From contig OX597814.1 in the NCBI GenBank assembly GCA_951406725.2, positions 16,926,001-16,990,000 on the forward strand: a stretch of 64,000 nucleotides of DNA, written 5' to 3'. Below the pieces are notes generated by a model. The model made no database searches and was not told where the DNA came from. It saw only the letters and a program-made list of their open reading frames with translations. Position 1 is the first letter of the stretch. Each line of letters starts with the position of its first letter. Below are positions 1 to 10,517 of this stretch, piece after piece. Source of the stretch: Octopus vulgaris. Lineage: Eukaryota. The translations under genes were made by a program, and so were the position numbers.

Positions 1-1926
1 ATGAAGGACTGAAGAAGTAGGGGTCGGGGGAGAAAGGATAGGTGAGGAGGGGGAGAGGGGGGTTAGATGAGGAGGGGGGAGAGTTTAGACCAAATGGCGT
101 ATAAGAGCGAAGAGAGAAGATTAATTCCTGTTCACGGCGCAAACGGGAATCCGGATGGCCTCTGTGTAAGGACAAACCGAACACAGATAGGTGTTGCAAG
201 GAGTGACCGGTGGAGCGGAAATGTCGTGAGACCGGTGTGTCGTTCGCAAGGTGGATGTCACGAAGGTGTTCCGCGAACCGGTCAGCCAAGCGGCGTCCCG
301 TTTGTCCGATGTACAAGGAATTGCAGAGAGAGCAAGAGATGCAATAGATAATATTGCTGGAGGTGCAGGTGAAGGAGTGGATGATGGGATAGGGTCGATG
401 GTGGGTGCTAGTGAGGCGGGTGGTGTTGGAGAGGTATGGGCAAGTGCGGCAACGTGGGCGGGAGCAGGGGAACGAGCCGGGTTGGGAGGTAGGGTCAGGG
501 AAGGAGCTATGGACCAAAAGGTCTCGAAGGTTGTGGGCTCGTTTGAAAGAGGGGAGGGGTCGGTTAGGGAAGAGGTGTGAAGTGGAGGGGTCGGACTGGA
601 GATGACGGAAAGCTCGAAGAATGGTGCGTTGGAGACGTAGGGTCGTGGGGTGGTAAGTGAGGGGAAAAGGGAGGCGGGAGACTACAGGGCGGGTTCGGGG
701 AGAGAGAGCAGATACACGGTCCACGGACCGTGCTCTGGCAAGGGCGGTGTGGATAGTGGTGAGGGGGTATCCACGTAGGGTGAAGTGGTGAGCCATACGT
801 TGAGACTGAGTCTCAAAGTCATGGTCGTCACTACAGAGCCTACGTAGACGGAGGAATTGGGAATAGGGGATGGAAAGCTTGGTGTGTTCTGGGTGGGAGG
901 AAGAGAAGTTGAGGTATGAGTGTGAGTCTGTGTGTTTGTAGTGAATGGAGGTGGTAAGAGTGGAGTGAAGAATGCTAAGCGAAATGTCGAGGAAGGAGAC
1001 AGAGGTGTTGGAGATAGTGGAAGTGAAGTGGAGGGCTGGATGGAAAGATTGGACGAAAGAGAGGAAGGAATCTAGATGTTCGCGGGAGAGTGAGGTGGCA
1101 CCGATAATGTCGTCAATATAACGACCATATAGTTCAGGAGTGGGACCAGTGAAATTAGAGAATATTTGGGCCTCAACATAGCCAACGAACAGGTTCGCAT
1201 AGTTGGGGCCCATTCGCGTTCCCATGGCCACTCCCGAGACCTGATGGTAGAACTCGCCCGCGAACGAGAAGCAGTTCAGAGTAAGGACAAGTTCGGCCAG
1301 ACGAATGAGTGTGGAGGTGTCAGGTACAGGGTTAGAGCGGAGGTCAAGAAAGTGTCGAAGGGCCTGCAGTCCTTCGTGGTGAGGGATAACAGTATAGAGG
1401 CTTTGGATGTCCATAGTAAAAAGGATTTTGGAGGAGCCGGGAGGAAAGGAGAAAGAGTTGAAAAGCCGGAGAGCATGGTTGGTATCGTGGATGTGGGAGG
1501 GAAGAGATGCCACTAGGGGGGCAAGGACACGGTCGAGGTATTTAGAGATGAGCTCCGTGGGGCAGTTACAGGCGGAGACGATGGGGCGGCCAGGGTTGTT
1601 GGGTTTGTGGATTTTGGGGAGGAAGTAAATGGTGGGGGTACGTGGGGTTCGCACAATTAGGTTGGATGCGGTGCGGGGGAGACGGGAGGACGAGATGAGG
1701 TCTTGGACAGTAGAGGATACCGTCTGTTGGTAGCTACGTGTGGGGTTAGAGGGCAGAGGGAAATAGAAGGAGGTGTCATTGAGTTGGCGGAAAGCCTCGG
1801 CCCTATAGAGGTCCGCGCGCCACACCACTACAGCTCCACCCTTGTCAGCCGGTTTGATGATAATGTCAGCGCGCCGTTGGAGGGAACGAAGAGCCAAGAG
1901 CTCAGCCGGGGAGATGTGAGGCGGCG

Positions 1927-1927
<1 letters not shown>
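1..1927 (-). CDS. Penelope-like (probably Neptune-type) retroelement ORF: reverse transcriptase + GIY-YIG endonuclease; 5'-truncated, runs off the window edge
   Basis: Manual translation of the minus strand from 1927 gives one frame with [68 protein letters not shown] (~1109-1129), SVSFLDI, CxxxxCxxC linker (CSRPRCRTC) and [30 protein letters not shown] (~270-355). No stop before position 1, which explains its absence from the ORF track. Begins directly at a (TA)n tract. Confidence 0.95.
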
Positions 1928-1983
<56 letters not shown>

Positions 1984-2060
1984 TATATATTCATATATAT
2001 ATATATATATATTCATATATGCATACATACATACATATATATATATATATAAATACACAC

Positions 2061-2103
<43 letters not shown>
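1928..2103. repeat. (TA)n/(CA)n compound microsatellite
   Basis: Direct reading; separates the Penelope ORF from an upstream pLTR-like segment. Confidence 0.95.
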
Positions 2104-2104
<1 letters not shown>

Positions 2105-2295
2105 TTGGGATTTTTTAAAAAAACAAAAAAAACAAAAGACAAAGACAGGTGTATAAACAACAAACGGATATATTAGTTTAGCGCTCTAGAAAATGAGAGT
2201 CTTTACGTTTCGAGCTTTCGCTCTTCAACAGGAAGGAACACGAGAAAATATACAGAGAGAATATAAAAAACGCTTTAGTGGCTAGCGATCGATCA
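2104..2295 (-). mobile_element. Penelope-like 3' end / pseudo-LTR segment
   Basis: Its reverse complement aligns by eye with 8600-8800; it contains a hammerhead-like motif and ends in (TA)n. It sits upstream of and co-oriented with the PLE ORF, as in partial-tandem PLE insertions. Confidence 0.65.
2199..2236 (-). ncRNA. Minimal type I hammerhead-like motif (variant core)
   Basis: Minus strand reads CTGTTGA-A-GAGC-GAAA-GCTC-GAAAC-GTA-AAGAC; stem II intact, ACGT palindromic stem III, stem I imperfect. Confidence 0.5.
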
Positions 2296-2620
2296 TATAC
2301 ATGTATATAATTCTCCTATCATTTTCTCTTCAGTTTTCTCTCAAACCATCTTGTTCTCATGCTGAAAATTCTTCTTTATTCTTTGTTGTTTCTTAGTCTG
2401 AAGTAAAAGATATTTCTGTAAGGTAATATGTCTGTCTGGGATTATTGAAATGCGATTCTCTACTTTGCATAAAAAAGGTATATCACAAAGCAAATTATGT
2501 CACAAAATCAAAAAAATATCTAAAACATTAATGCTAAAAAATATGGAAAAGGAAAGTGTCACAAATTACTATCAAGTACAGTTATCATTTATGTATTTCT
2601 GTTTAATAATTTAGAGAGTG

Positions 2621-3001
2621 TGTTGTGTCGACGCCCCCAGACGATGAAGTAGACTTGCCCAATACGTAGATATAGAGGGAGAAGTCTAGACGTCGGGACG
2701 AAGAGTAGAGAGAGTATATATTTCTTTACTACCCACAAGGGGCTAAACATAGAGGATACAAGGACAGACAAAGGGATTAAGTCGATTAAATCGATCCCCA
2801 GTGCGAAACTGGTACTTTATTCATCGACCCCGAAAAGATGAAAGGCAATGTCGACCTCGGCGGAATTTAAACTCAGAACGTAACGGCAGACGAAATACCG
2901 CTAAGCATTTCGCCCGCCGCGCTAAAACGTGTCTGCCAGCCCGCCGCCTTAATTAGAGAGAGTGTAGTGGAGTAGAAGGCATCCGAACGTGCGATATAAC
3001 A
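2621..3001 (+). mobile_element. Solo LTR (short, Gypsy Mag-like) interrupted by a SINE
   Basis: TGTTGTGT...ATATAACA termini; 5-bp TSD GAGTG at 2616-2620 and 3002-3006; homologous to the LTR at 37282-37393. Confidence 0.8.
2719..2953 (-). mobile_element. tRNA-derived SINE, family A (Meta-domain-like core)
   Basis: A box (GAGCTGGCAGA-like) and B box (GAGTTCAAATTCC-like), core GTCGACTTTGCCTTTCATCCTTTCGGGGTCGAT; TSD TAGAGAGAGT(A/G)TA at 2706-2718 / 2954-2966. Confidence 0.85.
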
Positions 3002-3120
3002 GAGTGTGAGAGAGAAAGAGAAATGGGAGAGAGAGAGAGGAGAGAAAGAGTGAGAGAAGTGGAATCATGAAAGCGATATAGACACAATCACACACAAAGT
3101 GAGTGTTTGTGTGTCTGTGC

Positions 3121-3182
<62 letters not shown>

Positions 3183-3466
3183 ACGTACAAGAGCACATAT
3201 ATGAACAGATACAAGATAAATTTGGAGTTAGATTCCAGGCTCATATAGAAGTTTTCGCCAAACACATACAAAGGCATCGATAGAAAGAGAATGGCCTATA
3301 ATCATACACATCTAATACTTAGCCACATGTTCTGCTCCTTTTCAATTTAGCGAAGAAAAATGAAATGCAATAAAATTAACAAATCGACTCCAAATAAATA
3401 TAAAATAAGCATATGTGATATATACCTTGAAGAAAATATACAAATGAATTATATTTTAAATTCTAT

Positions 3467-3885
3467 AGGCGCAGGAGTGGCTGTGTGGTAAATAGCTTGC
3501 TAAACAACTACATGGTTCCGGGTTCAATCCCACTGCGTGACATCTTGGGCAAGTGTCTTCTGCTATAGACCCGGGCCGACCAATGCCTTGTGAGTGGATT
3601 TGGTAGACGGAAACTGAAAGAAGCCTGTCGTATATATGTATATATATATATATATATGTATGTGTTTGTGTGTCTGTGTTTGTCCCCCTAGCATTACTTG
3701 ACAACCGATGCTGGTGTGTTTACGTCCCCGTCACTTAGCGGTTCGGCAAAAGAGACCGATAGAATAAGTACTGGGCTTACAAAGAATAAGACCCGGGGTC
3801 GATTTGCTCGACTAAAGGCGGTGCTCCAGCATGGCCGCAGTCAAATGACTGAAACAAGTAAAAGAGTAAAAGAGTAAAGAGTAAA
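3467..3885 (+). mobile_element. tRNA-derived SINE, family B (internal TA/TG microsatellite, (AAAGAGT)n tail)
   Basis: GGCGCAGGAGTGGCTGTGTGG head, GGTTCAATCCC B box; near-identical to copies at 12930, 37983, 47786 and minus-strand copies. Confidence 0.9.
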
Positions 3886-3949
3886 TTGTTCAAATTCGTT
3901 AGAGAGGAGATCATATATCCTTAAACTATGCAATATTTATACTTGCTCA

Positions 3950-4200
3950 TATATTGAACAGAAGATATTGATAAATTGGATATAGCTGTACATGTATGGA
4001 AAAATGGAGACCACGTCCCCCTTGTGTGATGAAATTAAAATGATAGACAGAGAACACCACTGGAAAATACGAAAACTAAAAGAAGCAACACATATGCTAG
4101 GACACAACAACTTCGCAAACAGACCGAGTTCAGATATGAACAGCATATGGGAACCGGTATTAAGGAAAGATAGGAAAATATTAGATTTATAAGCCCTAAA
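3950..4200 (+). pseudogene. Penelope-like GIY-YIG C-terminal remnant
   Basis: Frameshifted ...IAVHVWK/..PLCDEIKMIDREHHWKIRKLKEATHMLGHNN...IWEPVL resembles the end of PLE endonuclease ORFs; followed by a hammerhead-like motif. Confidence 0.6.
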
Positions 4201-4216
4201 ATTCACTCCATAATTG

Positions 4217-4280
4217 TCCATACGGCATAGTGGTTAAGAGCGCGGGCTACTAAGACCAAGATTTCGAGTTCGACTCCAGT
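4217..4280 (+). promoter_or_regulatory. tRNA-like Pol III type-2 promoter (A and B boxes)
   Basis: CGGCATAGTGGTTAAGAGCGCGGGCT...GAGTTCGACTCC; cloverleaf imperfect, so not called a tRNA gene. Confidence 0.55.
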
Positions 4281-4353
4281 AGTAATTATAATAATAATAA
4301 CATTGAAAATACCTTAATAATGACAACAAACCCAGGTTCGAAATTTCCCCAAG

Positions 4354-4397
4354 ACACCTGATGAAGGCCGAATGGTATATCAGCCGAAACTTGATGA
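4354..4397 (+). ncRNA. Hammerhead-like motif (canonical CUGAUGA core, decayed stems I/III)
   Basis: CTGATGA(4358-4364)-A-GGCCGA...TCAGCC-GAAAC(4386-4390). Confidence 0.5.
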
Positions 4398-4459
4398 GAA
4401 TAAATATCCGTCAAATGAAAATACTGCACGTTTTGAATTAACATTACATTCTTCTACTG

Positions 4460-4586
4460 TGGTGAGTTGGCAGAATCGTTAAGCACGCCGGGCAAAAGGA
4501 TTAGCAGCATTTCGTCTGTTTTTACAGTTTGAGTTCCAATTCCGCCGAAGTCAACTTTACCTTTTGGAGTCAATAAAATAAATACT
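4460..4586 (+). mobile_element. Degenerate SINE family A
   Basis: GGTGAGTTGGCAGAATCGTT...GAGTTCCAATTCCGCCGAAGTCAAC. Confidence 0.65.
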
Positions 4587-4763
4587 GCCATGTTTCATGA
4601 CCTTTATGAGACTCATACGTGAATGTTGATTGCCTGTGTACGTATGAAAGGAAGAAATTCAAAACTTTGTACATTCAGAATTACAATTATTTTTGTAATT
4701 ACAATTATTTATGTAAAATCAGATGATAGTTTACCGGTTATTTAAACGCTTAAATATAAACGT

Positions 4764-5525
4764 GCATCATCATCATCATCATTGTTCGACCATGGTCGAG
4801 ACAATGGAATTTACCATGCTACGCCAGACTTCACGGTCCATCATGGCATTATGGAGGTCCTGTTGCTGGATGCCTGTATCCCTAGAGATTACATCAGGGT
4901 AGGAGAGTGTGCGCCCTCTGGTATTGCGAGTAGATGGCTTCCAGAGGACAAGAGTAGAAATTACTTCTTTTTCAGCTCTACAACAATGTCCAGCAAACTG
5001 GACTCTCCTACCTTTCACAAGAGATGACACAGGTGGTAGTTTCCCATATATTTGCATTTTGGTTGGATGGCGCTTCCACGAGAGATTTTGAGTTCTCATA
5101 AGGAGGCGAGTGTAGGTTCCATCCAACCGCCTCTCAAGCTTCTTTGATAACGTCCAGGTTTCTGAGCCATATAGTAGAATTGGTTCGACTGTGGCTTTGA
5201 AGATTGCAAGTTTGAAGTCTCTACTTAGATTTGATGACCAGATCTTATGCATGTCATTACAGGCTGACCAGGCCATACCCTTTCGAGTTAGAAAATCTTT
5301 TCTAGATAATGATATGTATGACCCAAGATATTTATAATCAGAAACCATATTTAAGGGCGCATTGTAAAGAGTATGGATGATGCAATCACTGTTGGACAGG
5401 CATTTGTTTATGTATTCAGTTTTGGCCTCATTGAGGTAAAGACCTACACAATTTGAGGCTTGTTCAAGAGATTGTAAAAGAGACTGGGCATTGGAGAGAG
5501 AATCACTGATAAGTGCAGTTTTCAA
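4764..5525 (-). mobile_element. 5'-truncated RTE-clade LINE (RT C-terminal part, open frame) with (TGA)n tail
   Basis: ORF 4779-5525: GLYLNEAKTEY, YKYLGSY, LLYGSETWTL, RRVQFAGHC; stop overlaps an (ATC)n tract at 4764-4781. Confidence 0.85.
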
Positions 5526-6189
5526 AGCTTTCTCGATTTATCAAATAATATTGAAACAATAACACTCATATATGAACGAGATATAGCACTGTATAGATTG
5601 ATGGATGATTTGTATCGTATTATATTATTCATGTATTTTTAAGGCTTTCATGCATGTTGTTATGGCTTTCTATAAGTGCAAACCGGTTTACCTTTTACCT
5701 GACATAATATAAAGAGGCTTTTGTTAATTACGCTTGGAATACAGGTGTATTACATACTTCAATGAAAATATAAGACTTCTACAATAAGTCATCACAAAGT
5801 ATATGTAAATTATACTCAATACGCATTTAATACGCTCATACACACGTACAAACTCACATCAACCGAAACACACGCACACTCACACACACACACACTTTCG
5901 CACAGGCACACGCACGCGCCCGTACATACACATATTGGAACTGAACTTTTATGTTGCCAGTCCCATTTCATGCCACTGCGATCTTCAGAGCTTGGTTTTC
6001 ATGATTTATTAATATTCGTGTGGAATCACGCATGATGTTGTGTTTTGCACTTGCTGATTGGCTGTTTTTTGTCGGTTTTATCATTGCTGGTTTTGTAATG
6101 AGGTATGTTTTTTTTTTAGATCTACTTCGTCATAAACGTTTATATGTTAAATTAGATGAAAGTTAACTGAATGGTGGCTAAACTCTATG

Positions 6190-6810
6190 GGGAAAATGCA
6201 AGATTAAGAATAATGGACACATTATTATACTTGAGAAATGCCTTATCTAGCGATGGCAGTCTCCGATTTGAAATTATACTGACAATCGAAAAAGCAAGTA
6301 CGCCATTTGTAAAATTTGAGAAAACGATATGATCAGATTGGTATAAGAGGTTACATAGAATTCAGCATTTACAAGACGTGCATACTGACGATACTTTTGT
6401 AAGCCTCTGAGACATACCTCAGAAGAATACTAGATGTAAAAGGGAAAAATTTGCAATCTGATAAAAAATAGTCAGAGGGTTGGCTGTGTGTTTATTCAAC
6501 CAGAATTTACAACAGATTCAAGTGCAAGAGGCAAGGCAGATTTGTAGGGATATCAGCTGTAATATCACTGAAACAGTATCTTTTATAGGAGTTATAATTT
6601 TGAAATTATTAGCCAAAAAAAAACAAAACAAAAAAAAATAGTTCAAGAACTGTATTCGTGAAAACTAAATACAATTCAAAATAGACGTTTAAATGCTAGA
6701 AGAAAATCGCGACTCTTATAAATATTCTCAAGCGTTGTTACCTACATATCCTCACAACAGTTGACTACATAGACCTCGTGAAATCACACATTAATCTGCG
6801 CACACTAAAA
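6190..6810 (+). pseudogene. Highly decayed RTE/BovB-like RT C-terminus
   Basis: Residual LLYLRNALSSDGSL..EI...IEKAS..F.KFEK and IYKTCILTILL*ASET motifs with stops and frameshifts. Confidence 0.5.
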
Positions 6811-6879
6811 AATGATTAGCTATTTTTTAATCGTAAGGCTTATGTGGTTTGGTAAGGCACATGAAAGTGCATAAGATTA

Positions 6880-7200
6880 CTATTGAGACCACCTTTGATC
6901 ATGACTGACCTTGGGATTGCACCTAGAAAGTTAACCTCCCAGGCACAAGTCCGGGCAAGATTGTTTATGGAAGATCAGCAGTCGCCCATGCATACCAGCC
7001 TCCCCTCTCCATGCCACCAGTGTTATACAAGGGAAAGGCAACAGCAGATACAGCTTGGTACCTGTGACGTCGCAACTCATTTCTACAGCTGAGTGAACTG
7101 GAGCAACGTGAAATAAAGTGTCTTGCTCAAGAACACAATACGCAGCCCGGTCCGGGATTCGAACTCACAACCTCACGATCGTAAGCTCGACGCTCTTACC
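6880..7200 (-). mobile_element. tRNA-derived SINE, family D
   Basis: Reverse complement of 13390-13718; B box GAGTTCGAATCC, core TCCAGTTCACTCAGCTGTAGAAATGAG. Confidence 0.8.
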
Positions 7201-7389
7201 GCAAGTAAATTATATAAACCTTAGAGCAATGTGGAATCTTAACTGTCTCATATCTTTGAAGCCTTGCAGGTCTTCACTCAACTGGTCTTCAAACATCTCA
7301 AAGCACACAGACAATGAGGAGGTTATCGGGGTGATGTAGATTAACTGAGAGGGCTATCAACTGTCAAGATGAAGAATTCAGCTTTATAT

Positions 7390-8000
7390 ATATAGAAAGC
7401 AAAAGACGATGGCAATTGTAGGAACAAGATGGTGTATTAGTTTAATGCTTGGGAATAATGGAAAACTTATTGTAAGTGAAAATTGTCTTGTTTAGTGCGA
7501 GCGAGAAACTCGTGGAGAATGTGGTTTAGGTAGAGGATGAAATATAAGATAGAGTGAGCAACAGACGGTAGGCAGCAGGAAAAGACGGTGGAATATGGGA
7601 GAGGTAGAAGGCGGTCAAGGGTGTGCATTTTGAAGAGATTCGAACGAATGGTGGTTACGGTGGCACGAATGAGGCGCAGGTGTGACTGTATGTTAAGAAG
7701 TGTGCTTCCTGCTGAGTCTATCATCGAGATTGTGCCACCTCCTTTCCTTAACAGGGAAAGGAAGGCTTGTTTACTCTGCGTAGAAGCCATACTGACAGAA
7801 ACAGTATGAAAGACGCGTGTGAAAGGTATAGTGACAGTACCTTTATCTCTCTCCAGGGGCTGGTTAACTTTTTCAGTTACCACCACGGTAGTAAGATCAG
7901 GCTGGAGAAGAAGTTTCTGTCACGAGATATGTTTGTGAAAAGATAGCAGCCTGTGGTGAGCAAGCTGGGTGCGATTGGCACCAGGTAAGTGAGATCGGTT
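7390..8000 (-). pseudogene. Possible decayed Penelope-like remnant (tail fragment plus ORF N-terminal region)
   Basis: 7390-7465 resembles the tail at 2110-2190 (AAAAGAC...TATTAGTTTA..GCT); the adjacent purine-rich + strand resembles the composition of the PLE at 1-1927. No clean motif. Confidence 0.3.
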
Positions 8001-8297
8001 TAAAAAGTAATGGTTCTACCTAGATGACCGGGTGCCTTTCTTTCAATGTGAGTGTGTATTCATACGTGTTTTTTATATCTATATTTGTCCCCACCACCGA
8101 TCGACAACAGTTGTTGTTTTGTTTACATCTCTGTAACTAGGTGATTCAGCAAAAAAAAATGCACTGAGATACATTCGTTCGACTAAAAATTCTCTAAGAG
8201 CAATAGAGCATGACCGCAGTCTAATAACTGAATCAGGTAAAACGGTAAAGGATAAAAGATATATGTGCCTGTATGTATGTGTGTCTGTGTATGCATT

Positions 8298-8575
8298 TTC
8301 GGTAGCCATGATAAAACTCCGAGTTTCGGATGCCGGGGTGGAAATTCACGCCGCCATCTCTTCAGTTATCCGGCCATCGGAAAAAATGCTATGAAAAATC
8401 CGATGGCCGTATAACTGAAGAGATGGCGGCGTGGATTTCCACCCCGGCATCGGAAACTCGAAATTTTATCATGGCTATCGAATAACTGTCACATATTACA
8501 TGTTCAGATAAATTCCTCTATTTACATAAGATCGAGGTCTCTTTCTTTCTTTTGTTGTATTACCATTTTTACCAA
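8298..8575 (+). mobile_element. Penelope-like 3' end with fold-back (inverted) 5' arm; two inverted hammerhead-like motifs
   Basis: ~84-bp inverted repeat 8298-8381 / 8399-8482; each arm has CTGAAGA...GAAAC; the + arm continues into a T-rich tail ending at (TA)n. Confidence 0.7.
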
Positions 8576-8599
8576 TATATGTATATATATATATGTATA

Positions 8600-8799
8600 G
8601 ATCGTTAGCTCCTACACGCATTTTTTCTCTCCTTGTTCCTCTCCTTGTTTTTTTTTTCTGAGTATCTTTCTGTCGAAGAGCGTAGGCTCGAAACGTAAAA
8701 GACTTGTTCTATTTCTATTCCTGAGCGCCATACTAATACATTTGTTTGTTTGTACTCCACCTGCCTTCGTCTTTTGTTTATTTTCGTAAACCTTCCCGT

Positions 8800-8800
<1 letters not shown>
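8600..8800 (+). mobile_element. Penelope-like 3' end (same family as 2104-2295)
   Basis: Homologous to the reverse complement of 2104-2295; ends in (TA)n. Confidence 0.65.
8661..8704 (+). ncRNA. Minimal type I hammerhead-like motif (CUGUCGA variant core)
   Basis: TCTTT-CTGTCGA-A-GAGC-GTAG-GCTC-GAAAC-GTA-AAAGA: perfect stem I (TCTTT/AAAGA), stem II, ACGT stem III palindrome, GUA cleavage triplet. Confidence 0.6.
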
Positions 8801-9008
<208 letters not shown>

Positions 9009-9398
9009 GTACCTTGTGCAAACTTTGAAAGTTATGAATATTCAGAGATGAAAATAATCTTGAGAACTGAAACTAATAACGCTTATGAAAAGTCAGTGAC
9101 TTTTATATATATTTTCTTGTATATAAACCTATATATATATTCAGTTCTTGTATGGGCTTACACTAATCTCAGTTTAACACGATTGGTAGCATCATTAACT
9201 TCGGTACTATGCCAAGGGAAAAATCATAACTGTCACATTTTCTTTTGTCTGAATTTATTTTTGTGTTAGGTTTCCACACGTGTGACACTACTGCACAGCT
9301 TGCTGTATAATGAGTATAAAAAAATGTAAGCCAAAAGAATAGAAACAAAGAACTGTGGCAATCACGGAAAAGTTTTAATTGGCTACCTTTTAGGTATA

Positions 9399-9433
9399 TA
9401 ATAATAATAATAATAATAATGATGATGATGATG

Positions 9434-9467
<34 letters not shown>

Positions 9468-9574
9468 TAATAATAATAATGATGATAATAATAATAATAA
9501 TAATGATGATGATAATAATAATAATAATAATAATGATGATGATGATGATGATGACGATGATGATGATAATAATG

Positions 9575-9605
<31 letters not shown>

Positions 9606-10311
9606 TGATAATAATAATAATAATAATAATAATGATGATGATGATGATGACGATGATGATGATAATAATGATAATAATAATGATAATAATAATAATGATG
9701 ATAATAATAATAATAATAATGATGATGATGATGATGATGACGATGATGATGATAATAATGATAATAATAATAATGATAATAATAATAATAATAATAATGA
9801 TGATGATGATGATGATGACGATGATGATGATAATAATGATAATAATAATAATAATGATGATAATAATAATAATAATAATGATGATGATGATGATGATGAC
9901 GATGATGATGATAATAATGATAATAATAATGATAATAATAATAATGATGATAATAATAATAATAATAATGATGATGATGATGATGATGACGATGATGATG
10001 ATAATAATGATAATAATAATAATGATGATAATAATAATAATAATAATGATGATGATGATGATGATGACGATGATGATGATAATAATGATAATAATAATGA
10101 TAATAATAATAATGATGATAATAATAATAATAATAATGATGATGATGATGATGATGACGATGATGATGATAATAATGATAATAATAATAATGATGATAAT
10201 AATAATAATAATGATGATGTTGATGATGATGATGACGATGATGATGACGATGATGATGATGATGATGATGATGATGACGATGATGATGATGATGATGATG
10301 ATGATAATAAT
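9399..10311. repeat. (AAT)/(GAT) compound trinucleotide array with 78-96-bp higher-order units
   Basis: GAC-marked units of 26-32 triplets, visible as repeated TMMMIIM... in the 9419-10321 translation. Confidence 0.9.
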
Positions 10312-10447
10312 ATCAACATGAACTTCCATCTTGTTGTCTCTTGAGGTCTCTGGGTGAGACTTGGAGCAAACTTGTACAAATGTAACACGAAAGTCAAAGA
10401 TAAAATAATAATAATGATAACTACAACAGCAGCAGCATCAGTAGGAG

Positions 10448-10516
<69 letters not shown>

Positions 10517-10517
<1 letters not shown>

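Noticed and set aside
67-2104. Plus-strand ORFs of 66-133 aa
   Set aside because: Antisense shadows of the Penelope ORF.
9169-10397. 300-386 aa poly-Ile/Ser/Leu/Met ORFs (and similar ones at 22-23, 26-27, 32 and 44 kb)
   Set aside because: Trinucleotide microsatellite translations.
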